Assembly (NCBI RefSeq): GCF_009914755.1
Contig: NC_060927.1
Reading direction: 5' to 3' (one strand)
Length of the DNA: 64,000 nucleotides
Source of the DNA: the human T2T-CHM13v2.0 reference genome, Homo sapiens
Of the stretch, positions 27,170-43,831 are shown piece by piece. The notes below the pieces were generated by a model. That model saw only the letters and a program-made list of their open reading frames with translations. It did not search any database and was not told the DNA's origin. Position numbers and translations under genes: made by a program. Within the stretch, counting starts at the first letter, position 1. The number at the start of each line of letters is the position of its first letter.

Positions 27170-27730
27170 CATTGTAAATGGGATCATGTTAACATTCCTG
27201 TTAAAAATTGCTTCAAAAACTTTCCACTGCACTCAGAATAAAATTCGAACTCCTTAGTACCACCTATAAAGCCTTATGTGATCCAGTCCCTGCTACCTCT
27301 TCAATTTCATCTCATCACTCTGCCCCTGACTCTCCATTCTCCACTTTAACTACCCTCCCTTTAGTGCCTCCAACATGCCAAGACCTCTGTATGTGCTTTC
27401 CCTTTGCCAGGAAGTCTCATGTCAATCGCTCTCCATCTGACTAGCCCCTATTCATCTTTGCAATTTGAGTTCAAATGTCCCTTAATAAGGGATCCTCACC
27501 TATCAAGTCTAAAATAAATTACTAGTTTCTCATTATGCTATCTCATTTCCCACTGTTCTTTTTCTTCATGGCACATATTATAAATTGAAATCATATGATA
27601 GCATATGATGTAATTATCTTCCATTATATCTAGAGTGTTTTAAGCTCCCTGAGGACAGGGATCATGTTGCTTTTATTTACAATATAATGCTAGACTTATA
27701 ATAAGTACTAGATAAATGTTTGTTAAAAGG
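27170..27730 (+). mobile_element. L2 3' fragment
   Basis: cactgcactcagaataaaattcgaactcc...taagctccctgaggacagggatcatg...ataaatgtttg. Confidence 0.7.
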
Positions 27731-30349
27731 ATAAAGGACAATTATGTATAACTTTGAAGAATATGAGAAATTAATTACTATATAATGCATATAGGACGTT
27801 GCAATCAAGAGATTATTTTTGACTTGGGTTCTAAAATTTAGAATAGCAGATTCAGCCCTTGGTAACAACCATGTGGGCTAGATGACTGTGACTGTTCCTG
27901 GTACATTTGGCATCCAAAAGTATCCAATCCCGGCTCTTTGGTCCTGTCACTTTTCTTCTTTGAGCCTTAGTTTCCCAAAGCATTAAATGGGTGGTTGAGT
28001 TGGATGGTCTTTGTGATTCCTATATTGAAGTTTTTGTAAAATTATATTCTCATGTAGAAATTTTAGGAAAAAGTGATTTCTGTGCAGCATTAAGGATTTT
28101 AATTCTTAGCAGCCTTTGCTTATCAAGTTGGTGGTATAACAGAGGAAGGTTAAGGACTTGGGTCTATTTACTTACTTTTCACCCGTTCCCTTCACCTAAA
28201 AAACATATCTGATTCCCTGAGCAGAGACTAGAAATATGCATGGGCATGTACGCAAAAAAAAGACAAGCATTTAACTTTCCTAATACTCTTATCACTTCAA
28301 CATCTAGGTTTGGCAGAGAAACACAGAACTCCTCACAACAGCTGCGTTCACTATCATGTGTGCATACCAAATAAGGGATTTCTACTTTACAAAATGCTGT
28401 TTCGGAAAGTCAAACATACAGTTGCTCTATCCTCATATGTCACTGTCTTAAGAAAGTAAATATTCTGTAAATTCATTTCAAAGAATATGTTAGACTTTTT
28501 TTAAAAAAAAAACTTTTGATCTGTACTCACATACTGTAAGTTGCCAAAGGACACATTAGGAATGTGGGTAGAATTTCAAATATATGACACCATACTTATA
28601 AATGTGCTTGTTACTGCTACAGTAAGTCTTTTGACTTTAAAAATACCATTCTGCCAATGGACGTTGCCACTGTTTCTCAAAGGGTCAGTGTTGTAGAGTA
28701 TCTACCATATCATTTGGCGTGATTATACATTCACTGTTGATAAAGTTCAATTCATAGCCAGGAAATAATAGCCATCAACTAAGATTCACAAAGACAAGTC
28801 TATTAGTAAACTATTACCACAACCACCTATAGTTTAGCATAAAAAAACTTTCTAAGTTGTAACATGACTTGAACTGAGAACCACAAGGTGTCACAGACTC
28901 ATTTTATAATCTAGGAGAAGAAAATTTTATTCCTAATTATTCCTTTATTCTGAAAGAGAGACAATAATACCAGATACATGTCTCAGTCTCAGAAACATTC
29001 AGAATATTTGTGGATTGATGGTGTAGGCCCTGATCTGATGGATACTTTATGAACATAGACCTGAATAACCATTATGGGTATGCAAACATTTGTCTAATAA
29101 TTATTTTTGGAGAAGATATTTTTATAAATTACTATATTAGTTAAGAGCTGAAATCAAATGATAAAGATCTGGAAGTACAATTGGAGCCGAGTAAGACCCA
29201 AGACTTTGGTTTACACCATTTCTTCTGTAGTCTGGGATACTCTATGCTCTTTCTTTTCCCAACATGAACATCAAACATCCCCTTCTCTATAAAGTCTCTC
29301 TTTAATTTGCCTCCCCCAAGCAAATCGATCACTCACTCCCACACTTTTTTGTATATTACTGTGGTACTCTGCACACATGCCTATTATAAACTTTAATTAC
29401 TTTGTTGAATTCACTTCCTTTTGGTAGTAAGCTTCTTGAAGGAAGTCACCATCTTACTCATCTTTGTTTATTTTCAACTTTATCTTAGTACTATGTGCCA
29501 TGGCTAAAAAAGATGAATAAAGTCTAGGCTCTGCTTGCTGGGACTTCTCATTGTGATCAGATTTTTAATAAATGTGGTTACTTGACACCTGGTATTAATA
29601 GCTTGTCAAAGATTAAAGATTATGTTCAGCAGAAAACTGGCCTTGGGCTCTCAGAAAAAAATAAGTAAAATGTGGTTTGTTTCCTTTCTTTTTCCCAGTC
29701 TATGCCTATCTTCCAACCCTCAGGTTCTCAGAGTCTTCTGGTTGCCTACAGAGCTTCAAAATCCTCACATGATTCACATAGAATAGATCTGCCATTCCTG
29801 GAAATGTCTCAGCTCTCTTCATTTTTTTATCTAATTTTTTCTTGCTCTAACCTGTCCCCAGTGAAGACTCCTTTTTATATATGTTTATGCTTGGTGTTGA
29901 TCTGATTATATGAACAAAGTAATTTATATTACACAGTAATTTATATTATAATAAATTATTGATATCTTATGGAGTATTAATAAGAATTTCTGATTAAGAG
30001 AAAGTGTGAACTTACAGAGAGGCTATTGCTCAGTTTGATCCTGAACTACAAAGCATAAATCCATCTACTTAACTCTCCTCTTCTGGGTTCCAGGGCAGGG
30101 CAGTGAATCCCTTGGATGAGATTCTCATCTCTCTTAGGTCCACTTTTCTGAAACATGAAGAAAATACTCTCTGGGATTTGGTGGAATGAGGTGGCCAGAG
30201 ATGACTAATTTAAAAATGAATGAAGTCGATCTTTGGTACTATGTATATTCTCTCTCACATTTTTTTATTCTTGTGTATCCTAATAATCATTTTTTATTTT
30301 TCTAATAAGCATGTTAAGTAGATAATTTAAAAATTATATGAGAGTAGAA

Positions 30350-30705
30350 ATTCATTCTCACACTGCTAATAAAGACATACCTGAGACCGGGTAATTTATA
30401 AAAGAAAGGGGTTTAATGAACTCACAGTTCTACATGGCTGAGGAGGCTTCACAATCATGGCGGAAGACAGGAGGAGCAAAAGTCATGTCTTACATGGCAT
30501 CAAGCAAGAGAGTGTGTGCAGGGGAACTCCCCATTATAAAACTATCAGATCTCATGAGACTTATCCATTACCACAAGAACAGCACAGGAAAGACCCATCC
30601 TCCTGATTCAGTTACCTTCCACTGGGCCCCTCACACAACACATGGGAATTCTGGGAACTACAATTCAAGATGAGATTTGGGTGGGGAAACAGCCAAACCA
30701 CATCA
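30350..30705 (-). mobile_element. THE1 LTR
   Basis: ctgctaataaagacatacctgagac...gagatttgggtgggg..cagccaaaccacatca. Confidence 0.9.
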
Positions 30706-31379
30706 GGTTATAAAGTGTTTTCTGGGTTAAATTGATAATTTTAAGGACTAATTTATCCAAAATCTCCCTAGCCTACTTATTTATTTTGATGAAATGAAGT
30801 ATACTTTCCACAAGGCATGTAGAAAAAAAAGACTGATTTATTAAGACAGTGTAGACAAACAAGTAAAAAGACTTATATAAGCATACATCATCCATATCCA
30901 AATCTTAATCTTGGGTTCCAATGCAGGGACACATCCATGGACTGGTTATTTACAATGTATAGTCAGTAATGGGCAGTGGGTCCATTATTCTTTTAGATTG
31001 TTGTGCTTTACTTCTGCTGGATCCCCAATTACTTGATTTGTTCCATGAACCCATGAAGATTTGGTTGACTGAAGTACAATTTGACCAAAGCAGTGGTGAC
31101 TCGATGCCCCCTTCCCTAGTAAGCACCCTTATAAATGCCCTCTGTGCTCCAGTCACTCATATAAATTCTTAAATTAAAAGTAGATTTTTGCCCTTAATTC
31201 ACTCCCTCAGTTTTGTTGTTTCAAGCCTTGAAAAAAGAGCCACTTCACGATGTGGTTATCCAAAATCATTGGAATCGATTGTTTGTTCTCAGAAAGGAAG
31301 ATAGACAAACATTAGAACAGTTTACACTAAATTCGTTTAGGTTTTTGTCACTTAATATATACCACGTGCATTTTCTAAT

Positions 31380-31775
31380 TGCTGTGGTTTGAATGCTTTT
31401 GTCCCCTTCAAAAGTCATGTTGAAAATCCATCCCCGATGCAACAGTGTTGGAAGGTGAGGTCTGGTGGGAGATGTTTAGAACATGAATGCTCTGCTCTCA
31501 TGAATGGACTAATGCCATTATAAAGGGCTTGATGGAGGGATTTTGCTCTCTCTCTCTTTTCTCTCTTTCTCTTTCTTTTTGCTCTTCCGCTTTCTGCCAT
31601 GTGAGGACATGGTATTCCTCCCCTCTTCAGGACCCAGCAAGAAGGCTCTCATCAATGCCATTGCCTTAATCTTGGACTTCTCAATATCTAGAACTGTAAG
31701 AAAATTAATTTATGTTCTTTATACATTACCCAGTCCCAAGTACTCTGTTATAGCAGCACAAAATAGACAGAGACA
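31380..31775 (+). mobile_element. MST/MLT1A-type MaLR LTR
   Basis: tgctgtggtttgaatg..tgtcccc...ctgttatagcagcacaaaatagacagagaca. Confidence 0.85.
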
Positions 31776-33819
31776 CCCATTTTATTTACTATTCATATAA
31801 AATAACTCCCTTGACTGCTTAAAAATAGTACACTGTGTAAAATAACATGCTTTAATTTTACCAATCTCATAGTGTTGAATATTTAGTTTCTTTCTAAATA
31901 TTTGCTGTTACAAGTAATATTCAGCAACAGTTTACATATTAAAATCCACTATCACCTGACTTTTGTTCCATATTCATTTTACTGATGACTTAAGTGTCCT
32001 TTACTCACAAGGCACTAATTGGAGCACTAATAAAAAATGACCTTGGTTAGGAGCTGGGGATACCCTTGTTGTTCAATTATTAATTTGCCACCGTCTTGGC
32101 AACTGAAAGAACATCCAGAAGCCAAAAGAAAATTACCTTGATTTACTTTGTTTTTTCAAGACACTTTACCATCATTCTTATTGTCCTAATAGTGTTCTTT
32201 CAAAGCTTTTCTTAGCTGACTGAAGTGGTGAAGAACCTATGAGCAGAACTCTCATTTTAATCATCTGTGACTCTGAGAGATTAGCAGAGCATCCGCTATC
32301 TATTAATTTTTTAAAAAGGAAATCACTTCTTAATTACAAATAGGGAAAAAATTGATAGCTACAAATAAGAAAAAAGAGAACCATTTTGTCTCTGTATATC
32401 CATTTTTTGCCTTTATAGTTATTTACAGAGGACTTCTACTTTCTCCCCTTGAAGAGGACCATATGCTTGAACATACAAATTTCCAGAAGGTCAGAAAACA
32501 CAACACTTCCGTGGAATGCTGCTTCACATAGGGCTACTTGTGTTGGAGCCAGGAAGCTTGCTTTTAATGACCCAAGGGGACTATGAGCCTTTTCTGCTGG
32601 ATCGAGCTCCTGGTATTACTTTCACTATGTTTCTGGCCTTAGCAAAATCTGGAACAGACTGCAGGCTGGAGTGTGTTGGCACACGTATGCAGCTCTACCA
32701 TCTGTTTTGCTTCTTCAATTCATCAATTTCCTCTACTTATGAGATCTCCCACCACTTAGTAAAGTTATGAAAAATATGTACTTGTCTTTAATTACTTTTA
32801 CAGATCTTTTCAGAGGAAATTGTGCTGTAGTATGTGAGTAAGGATAAAGTAAAATGTTATTGCCAAAAAAAGCAGTAAATCATTAAAATTAAATATTTAA
32901 GCCTCAACTAATTAACAAGTCAATGAAAGTTGTGGTCTTGGCTGCCTAATGAACAGCTACGGAAAGGAAGCTGCGTAGCCTGTCCTTGACAAAGGCAGGG
33001 TCTGCTACTGTTCCGTTGCAAGCTTATTTTTTGTTAAGTACTTCAGATTTATGTTTAAAACTCCTAAAGCCATTTCCTCTCTATATATTATTGGAAATAT
33101 TTAAGCCCTAAGATGGACTATATCTGTCTCTTACAGAAGGTAAGAAATGATAACTCCCTTGAGAGGAGAACCACCATCATTTGTAATATCTAAAATAATT
33201 GGTAAAGCCTGAAAACATTTTGATATTTTAGAAGGGATATATTTATGTTAACATAGTAATTATATTTCCATCCTAGACGACAGAAACTAAGTGCCAGTCT
33301 GCCAGGGAATTTTTCCAAACCTCTTCAATTCTTTGCACACAGCAGCCAGATGGGCAGAATCTGGGACAAAGAGTCAGCTAGAAGAATCAGAAAAGGTGAA
33401 AAAGAGCACCTATAAAGATAAAATACAGGGCACATAAACATACTCTGGGTCTTATAAGTGTCCACAGGAGTTCCCCGTCATAGTAAAAATGTATTTTAAA
33501 AGAATATTAATACGCCACCCCACAAAACTGCCTGACAAACTGTAACTTGCCCAGCATAATGGAATCTGATGACCCTGTGGCAGAATTAGAAATACAATCT
33601 CAAATTCCTGACAAAATCATCAATTACCAGAAACTGTTCTCCACGTCATTTTAGTTTATTGCAAAGAATGCCTTGTGGTCACAAAAACTCAAATTAAGGT
33701 GATTCTGAAGGCAGTTAAATTTGTATTTTTCCATTCTTCATGGAACTAAGAAAGGAAATGAGAAAAATTGCTTTTAAATTCCTTAACTATTCTGACCATT
33801 CACCAGTAATTTTAAGTAA

Positions 33820-34449
<630 letters not shown>

Positions 34450-34538
34450 TGAAATAAGGAATAGACCATAGTCTGCAATGAAGAGGTGAAGAGCACAGTT
34501 TCAGGCTCCATGTAATAAAATGATTGCGTTCTGCTTAG

Positions 34539-35070
<532 letters not shown>

Positions 35071-35632
35071 GGAAGTATATCTTATTAATCTTTGTTCTCT
35101 TGGGGGTCTGGCATTTCGAAAAATGAAACAGTAGGCCTTTATAAACTAAATTGAACTCCTTCTGTAGGTGTATCTTAAACATGCCACGTAGCCTCTGACA
35201 GGAATAAAACAGGTTCTTGTTCATATAGTTTCCTTATTTTTACAAAATCTTACAGAATTTTCAGTTTGCAGAATTGTTCATGGAATTATTTGTGGAATTT
35301 GGATCCTTGATATTAAAGAACTTTCAGATTTTATTGTTACCACACGTACAGGGAGAATATGACATTACTATCCTGCTCTGTTAAGTAATTGTGAAATCCT
35401 GTTGAGGTATTCTGATTTTGTAGGTGAATACATAATGGATGTTGTCAAGGCACTTTTAGTGTATATCTCATAACAACCACATAAGCTGTCTTCCCGTGTC
35501 CCATTTTTAGGTGGAATCACTTTGTGGTGGTGTAGTCTACACTCAGTACAGAATTATCCTTCTTTTTCAATGTCAATCACCTTCCATTGAGTCCCAGAGA
35601 GGCTCTTACACATCTTTTAATTTTTAGATTGA

Positions 35633-36010
<378 letters not shown>

Positions 36011-37026
36011 ATTTTCTTTTCTTATCCCTTAAAAATACAATTGTGAAGTCTTCTGCCCAAGGCACTAAAAAATAATCAGAAATCCTTAAAGATCCCAGCA
36101 TTATTTCTCCTCTTCTTTCCAGAATTGACTTCCTATCTGGACTTTCCTCTTAAATCAATAACAACCTGGAAAATCTGAAAATACATTCTAAAAATTCTCC
36201 AAAAATTGATAGCTTTTTAAGGTTTCTGGATAACTGCGATCGCTTGGTACCTAAGCAAAACGTATTCTCAACAAACTCCTCTCTTCCCTCCCTCCATTCT
36301 TCCCTTTCTTCTTTCTTCTTTTGTTTTTCTTCTTATTTATCTTTCTATTGTTTGCATCAATTTTTATCAAAACTTATTTATTCACTTAAATAAATATTTG
36401 ATGGTTTAAATAAATTTTAAAATATATAAAGGAATGCAGTTATTAATAAAAGTCTCCCTTACACTACTGTTTCTCTATGCAATTTTTCTCAGCCTTTGCT
36501 GTCATGCTGCAATTTTTATTATTTCTCTTTTATTTCTTAATATTAACTTGACCTGTAGACTCGGGTGTGCTAAAAGACTTGACTTTTTTGCCCTTCAACT
36601 TCACTTTTAGTAAAGAGGTACTAAGATTTACTTACATATATGTAATATTTTAATAAAGAAAAGGAAATTGAAGAAATTCATTGTGTGACAGCAGATATAT
36701 TAGCAATAAATCCAGGATATAGTGAATCCTTGATGTGAACTTTAAAAAGTTATTCTTAATGTAAGTTTTTTCAACATTGGGTCATCATGTAAGGGACTAC
36801 ATAAATGTAAAAATGGAGTTGATATCAACCTGGAGCTGATATCCAATCCATTTTTTTCCTGGAACCAGATCCATAATCAGAACCTATATATAAATCAGAT
36901 GCTGGAAAGAGATCATTATTGTGATATTTGAATACTTTCTGGGTGCAAAGAAAAGCGTAAACATCCTCAGTGAGCAGTAAACTATGGGAGGGACAGAGTT
37001 TTGCTTTTAAAGATCTTATGGGTTTA

Positions 37027-37352
<326 letters not shown>

Positions 37353-37363
37353 TAAGTATTACT

Positions 37364-37674
<311 letters not shown>

Positions 37675-40194
37675 AAGAAATAAGTATTACTATAAAAATA
37701 TTTTAGTATTGCTACCAAAAAAAAAAAAAAAACCTGTAAACTCAGTAGAAGGAAAAAAAAGAAGAAAGGAGGAAGAAGAGGGAGAGAACAATTCCTATTA
37801 TCATTGCACATTTTTGGAATCAAGCAGACATGGGTTGGAAAACCCAAATCCACCATTTTCTAATTGGTTAAATTTAAACCTGGATCTCAGCATCCTCATC
37901 TATAAAATAAGAATAATCATAATATCTACTTGAAAATGGAAAAGAGTTTTTCAAACTGTCAAGTGTTAAAATAGTTGTTATTTTGTTGTAATTATTTTGA
38001 AACTGCAATTCTATTCTTTCTAACTTATTTTAGTAAGTTATTAACTTCAATCATTGAAACCTAGTATTGGAATTATTGTCAGGCGAACTAGTACACATGA
38101 CGTCTTTGTGCATATTCCAGAAAGGTGCCCCTCTCAGTAGATCTTAATACTGTGGGGAGAAAGTTGGCAAATACAGAGCATCTTTGTCTGATTCTAGGCC
38201 CTCATGACCAGAAAGCCTGGAATTACTTTGCAGGTTGACAATGGTTGAAATTTCAGGATCCATTCACTTCATTGGCTATGTTTTTATGCAGAACAAAACC
38301 TGAATTGTGGGCTGGTCTTCGGTTGGAAGACTTTTTGGAGGGCATATAGTGGAGGTTTTTTTTTCCCTCCTCCAGAGAGCATGTGTAAAATAAGGGACTC
38401 ATTCATTATGCAGCAAATGTTGTTTGTTATTGGCTTGCTGTATATTCACCTTTAACTTCCAAACATCAGTCTTACATTCCCTCCTCTCAAGTCACAGGAT
38501 GTATTTCCATACGGCAACTCCTAAATTGAAATTTACAGTCAGGTTTTCACTAGGAGTTGGATGGTGGACTTGACTGGTGTCCTTTTTTTTTTTTTTTTTT
38601 TAATTTCTAACAGAACTCTCAATTTTGCTTAAATATGCATTATCTTTCTCATATATGGTTATACCTCAAAGGAACATCACCCCTCATATATATAAAGTTA
38701 TTCTTAACTGGTTATTAGTTCCAGAGTGTTGTGGCTAGTGTAGGACTTGCTGCATTCCTTTGTAAGTGATGAAGCAAGGAATGGCAATGAGACACAATTC
38801 TGACCAGTGCAGTCACAATAGAAATATTTTGGATAAAGTTTTACCTCTCTTTCATTAGAGAGCCATAGGAAGACTGTTGGATGTCTTCTCTGGGTTTAAT
38901 GCTTTTATCCATCATTATCTGAAGGCTACTTTAATTCTGAGCTTCCTATTAAAAAAAAATACAATTTCTTATAGTTCACACCAGTCTGAGTAGGAGTTTC
39001 TGTCACTTGGACCCAAGAACTTTATAACTGACGAGCATACACTTGTCTCAAGGCAAGGTAGCCTCAGTGTTTTTCCTTTTCAGGTTTCTTCATGTGCTTT
39101 TCTTCCTGACCTAGCTTGTCCCAGTCAACCTCCTCTGATGCTTTTTAACATGTTGAAGGCGAGAGTTGAAAGCAACACTTCCTTATGGCATGTCCAGTGC
39201 AGAGCATTCTACTGACTCATGTTGAATTCATGTTGACACAAATCCTATGACATTTTCGGGCACTCCCCAGGGATACCACATCCCCTTCATCCTGTAATAG
39301 TGCAGTCATTTGGTGGTTTGTTTAGCTAAAGTGTATATTTTTAAAAAATCATCTTTATTTTATTTCATCTGGTTAGATTTAGTCCATCACTTTATCCAGT
39401 TGAAAGAGTATGGAAATCCTTCTTGGAAAACTATGCATTTGTTTTCTCTTTCTTGTTAATCACCCTTAATTAAGTTAAATAAGTCTTTTATATCTTTGTA
39501 GATAAAAATTTTGATCCAGAAAGGACTGAAATGAAATTACTGAATCAAGTCATTAAAAAACTCTTCTGATTGAGTTTGATCAACCAGTAAACTCTTTTCA
39601 TGAACTTTCACAACCACTTAAAAATGACCTGAAGTGTATGATTTGGCCCATGGTCTATCCTACCTTCTACAAATACTGGTATTGTTTTTCTCTTATCAAA
39701 AAGAGGTGTATTTTTTTTCTTTTTAGCATTAGAATTTATTTTTACTATCTTTTTAGTTTTAAAATATAAATAGTTTCATTTGCCATTTCTCAGTCTTAAT
39801 GAACACATTTTGATCTTTACTGACCACTTTTTTTTTTAATAAACCATCTACAATTTTTCCTAGAATGAATATAACATACGTAGCCTATTGTTAATGCAAA
39901 ACCAAATTTCCCATTATTCTGGAAATCTATTGAGAAACCATTTATCTGACTCTAGCCATTAGATACCAGATAGCTGTTCCATTATTCTTCATAGATCATT
40001 GCGAGAGGTCTAGTGATCTCATTGGTATGTAGTTTTATTTTCCTGAAAGGTAATTAATCTTGGCCAAGGAGCTAAAAGTCTAAATCTAGAGTGTCTAGAT
40101 GCTTTGCAGGTATCTTGGATTTAAATACTCTTGTTCTCATGTATGTTCTATCATCTCCACTCTGAAAAATGATTTCTTTTGATGGAACAGATAG

Positions 40195-40470
40195 TAAAAT
40201 ACTGTATAGTGATTAAAAATATGGGTTCTATAGTTAGGCTACTTGAGTTCAAACCCTGGCTCTGACGCTTTCTAACTGTGTGACTGTGGACACGATATAC
40301 AACCTCTATTAATTTCAATATTACCATTTGTGAGAAAAGGAATGATAACAATATCCATATCATGGTGGGTTTTTTTTTTTTAGGTTAAATGAAATAATCT
40401 GCCTACAAGTACTTAGTTTGATACCTGACACATGGAGATCAACTCAGTAAAGTGTAGTTTATACAGCGAA
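40195..40470 (+). mobile_element. MIR
   Basis: gtatagtgattaaaaatatggg...gagttcaaaccctggctctg...ctgtgtgac...ttaaatgaaataat. Confidence 0.75.
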
Positions 40471-43406
40471 GATAAAAGAAGAGATACAGGGTTTTACATT
40501 CTAGTTATTGTAACTAACATTGCTGCTTTAAGTGACAGATCTGTGTTTTCTTATTCTTCTTGCACCAAGCAAGTATTTAAGAAAAGTCCTTTTGTCATCC
40601 TTAATATTTCTCACTAGTTGCAGTTTATTCTTGGCACTGTCTTACATTTTTCTTAGAGGCTTTGTCTTGCTCATTCTGGTGCGTCCTGCACCCATCTTGT
40701 GTATGTTTACAGACATTGCAATTTATCATGCTGTCTTTTTTATCTTTCTCTCCTCTTTTCTCTCATAAAGAGATATTTGCAGTTAATAGTCATAATTTTA
40801 TTGGTTAGCATAAACTTTTCTCCTTGAATCAGGCATGGACATCAGCCCCTAACTTTTGGAAAAGTGCTTCCCTAAAGTAGGCACCTATTCTATGCCCAGT
40901 ATTCCTCTTATTTTTAAGTGAACAACTTTGCATTTTCCTGTGGTTTCTATTTCTGTCAGAGATGGAACAGTTCCTCATGATTGGTTTGAATTAGGCCTAG
41001 AGTTCCTTTTGTCACTCAAAACATCCATCTTGTGAAGAACAAAATTGCCCACAAAGTGCTTTGAGAATTTATCAGACGTGGATTTTAGCCAAATTAAAAC
41101 CGTATTTTTCCAGAAGGTAAGGTCCCTTCCCTCTGTCAGCAGCAATTCCATTCCTATTTAACAAAGAAAACTTTCATTACTGTTCTAGGAATGAGTGTTA
41201 TCCCTTCAAGTTCTAGAGAGATTAGTGTTTGGATACGTTGTGTCTCAGGATTAGAATCTGGTTTTCTATTTGCTCATTATTTCCTTTTTTTGCTTCATCA
41301 TTCAGGTTTCTGGGACCATAAAGTTTGTTTATAATTATCTTTTCTGTCTTTCTGTTTCCTCTTATAAAATGCTTTATTTTTATTTTTTTGTCATAAGTCC
41401 TCCATAGTAATAGTTTTTATTGTATGAGTTTAGCATTTATCTTACTCTCTCACCTTTTTTATGTAAGGAGGCTGATTTTTAAAGTAAGAATAGCAAATAA
41501 TTTAATGCAAGGCATTCCCCCATAATATATTGTTTCCATTCTCCATCCAGAATTGCACCAGGGCTATATTAGGCTAATGTTCTGGGAAAGATAGTGAAAC
41601 AGCCTTAATATTCTGTATTTCTTTTCAACAGAGAGTTCTCAGCTCTCTGCCTGACTTTGCAAGAAGGCTTGGCATTAAATCTTGAGTACTTCCATTAAAA
41701 TAAAATTGTTTCAGAACTTCTATTTCAGTTAATACTTTTAAAAGAGAGACACTCTTTATATGTCAATTTCTGTTCATTTAAACATGCTTGTGGAGTTAGT
41801 TAATTAAAGGAAATTTTTGACTCTGTTAAGGCATTAGTAACAACAATCCTAATTCTGGAAATACAATTTTTTTCAGTAAACTACATGAACATTTCTGTTT
41901 TTAAAAAAGCATCAAGTTCTCTTCAGATGTTTAAATCACCAAATAATTTATACAAACAAGTAATAAACAAAACCCCAAATATTAACATACTGAGGTGTGC
42001 TCTTGATCAGGATGAATTTTTCCAAAGACATATGAATGGAACCAACCTACTAATATTATTTCTTTACCATGACACATTATTATTCTTTACTATAAATTTC
42101 AATTTCAATTTCAACTTGTTATTAAAAATAGTATCAAATAATTAGATAAACTTAACAGCTTTATTGAAGTATTTAAATAAACAATAAGCTATCCATATTT
42201 AAAGTGTAGAATTTGATAACATTCGTCATATGCATATACTTGTGAAACCAGCACAACTGTGACAACGATCATATCCATCACCCCAAAGGCTTTATCAAGT
42301 CCCTTCATTTCACTTTCACTGCCCTGTCCCTATCCTCAGGCAACCTTAGGTCTGCTTTCTGACACTACAGTTAATTTGTATTTCCTAAAATTCTAAGTAA
42401 ATGGAATCATGCTGCATGATTCTTTTGGCATGGCTTCTTTCAGTCAGCAGGATTATTTTAAGATTTATATATGTTGCCTGAAGCAATAGTTCATTCCTTT
42501 TATCCCTGAAAAGTATTCCATTGCATGTATATAAGTTTACCACGATTTGTTTATCCATTTGCTGGCTGATGAGCACTTGTATTGTTCCCACTTTGGAGCT
42601 ATTACAAATAGACCTGGTATGACATTTGCATATACGTCTTTGTATAGACATATGCTTTCATTTCTTTTTGGAAAATAACTGGGAGTGGAATGGCTGGATC
42701 ATATAGTAGGTGTATGCTTAAGATTCTCTTAAATAAACATTTTGTTTTAGGAGAGTTTTAAATTTACAGAAAAATTGTGAAGGCAGCACAGAAAGTTCAT
42801 ATATAGTCCACATCTGGCTTTCCTTATCATTAACATCTTACATTAATATAATATACAACTCATGAACCAATATTTATATAATATTATTAAGTAAACCCTC
42901 TATTCAGATTTTTTAAAATTTTTACTTATGGCCTTTTTTCTCTTCCAGGATCCCATGTGTGATACCACATTATATTTAGTCATCATGCCTCCTTAGGCTC
43001 CTCTTGGCTATGACAGTTTCTCAGACTTTCATTGTTTTTCATGACCCTGATAGTTTTGAGACATAACGGTCAGGTATTTCGTAGGCTGTCCATGAACTGG
43101 GATTTGCCAGTTTTTGCCTCATGTAATTGATACATTGATCATCATGTAGTAAATACCTTTCTTTATTCCCGATAATTGTCCTTGTTCTGAAGTCTGCTTT
43201 GTCTAAAATTAATATAGCTACTTCAGCTTTCTTTCAGTTAGTGTATTAACATAGTATTTTTATTACCACCTCTTAACTTTTAAACTATCTGAATCTATAT
43301 GTTTAAAGTTGGTTTCTGGTATACACATAGTTTGGTCCTGACTTTTTATCCACATTGACCATTTCTTTTGGTGTATATAGATCATTCACATATAAGTGAT
43401 TATTGA

Positions 43407-43831
<425 letters not shown>

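Noticed and set aside
38121-38140. CTCF-like gaggggcac motif
   Set aside because: Only the 3' half of the consensus matches
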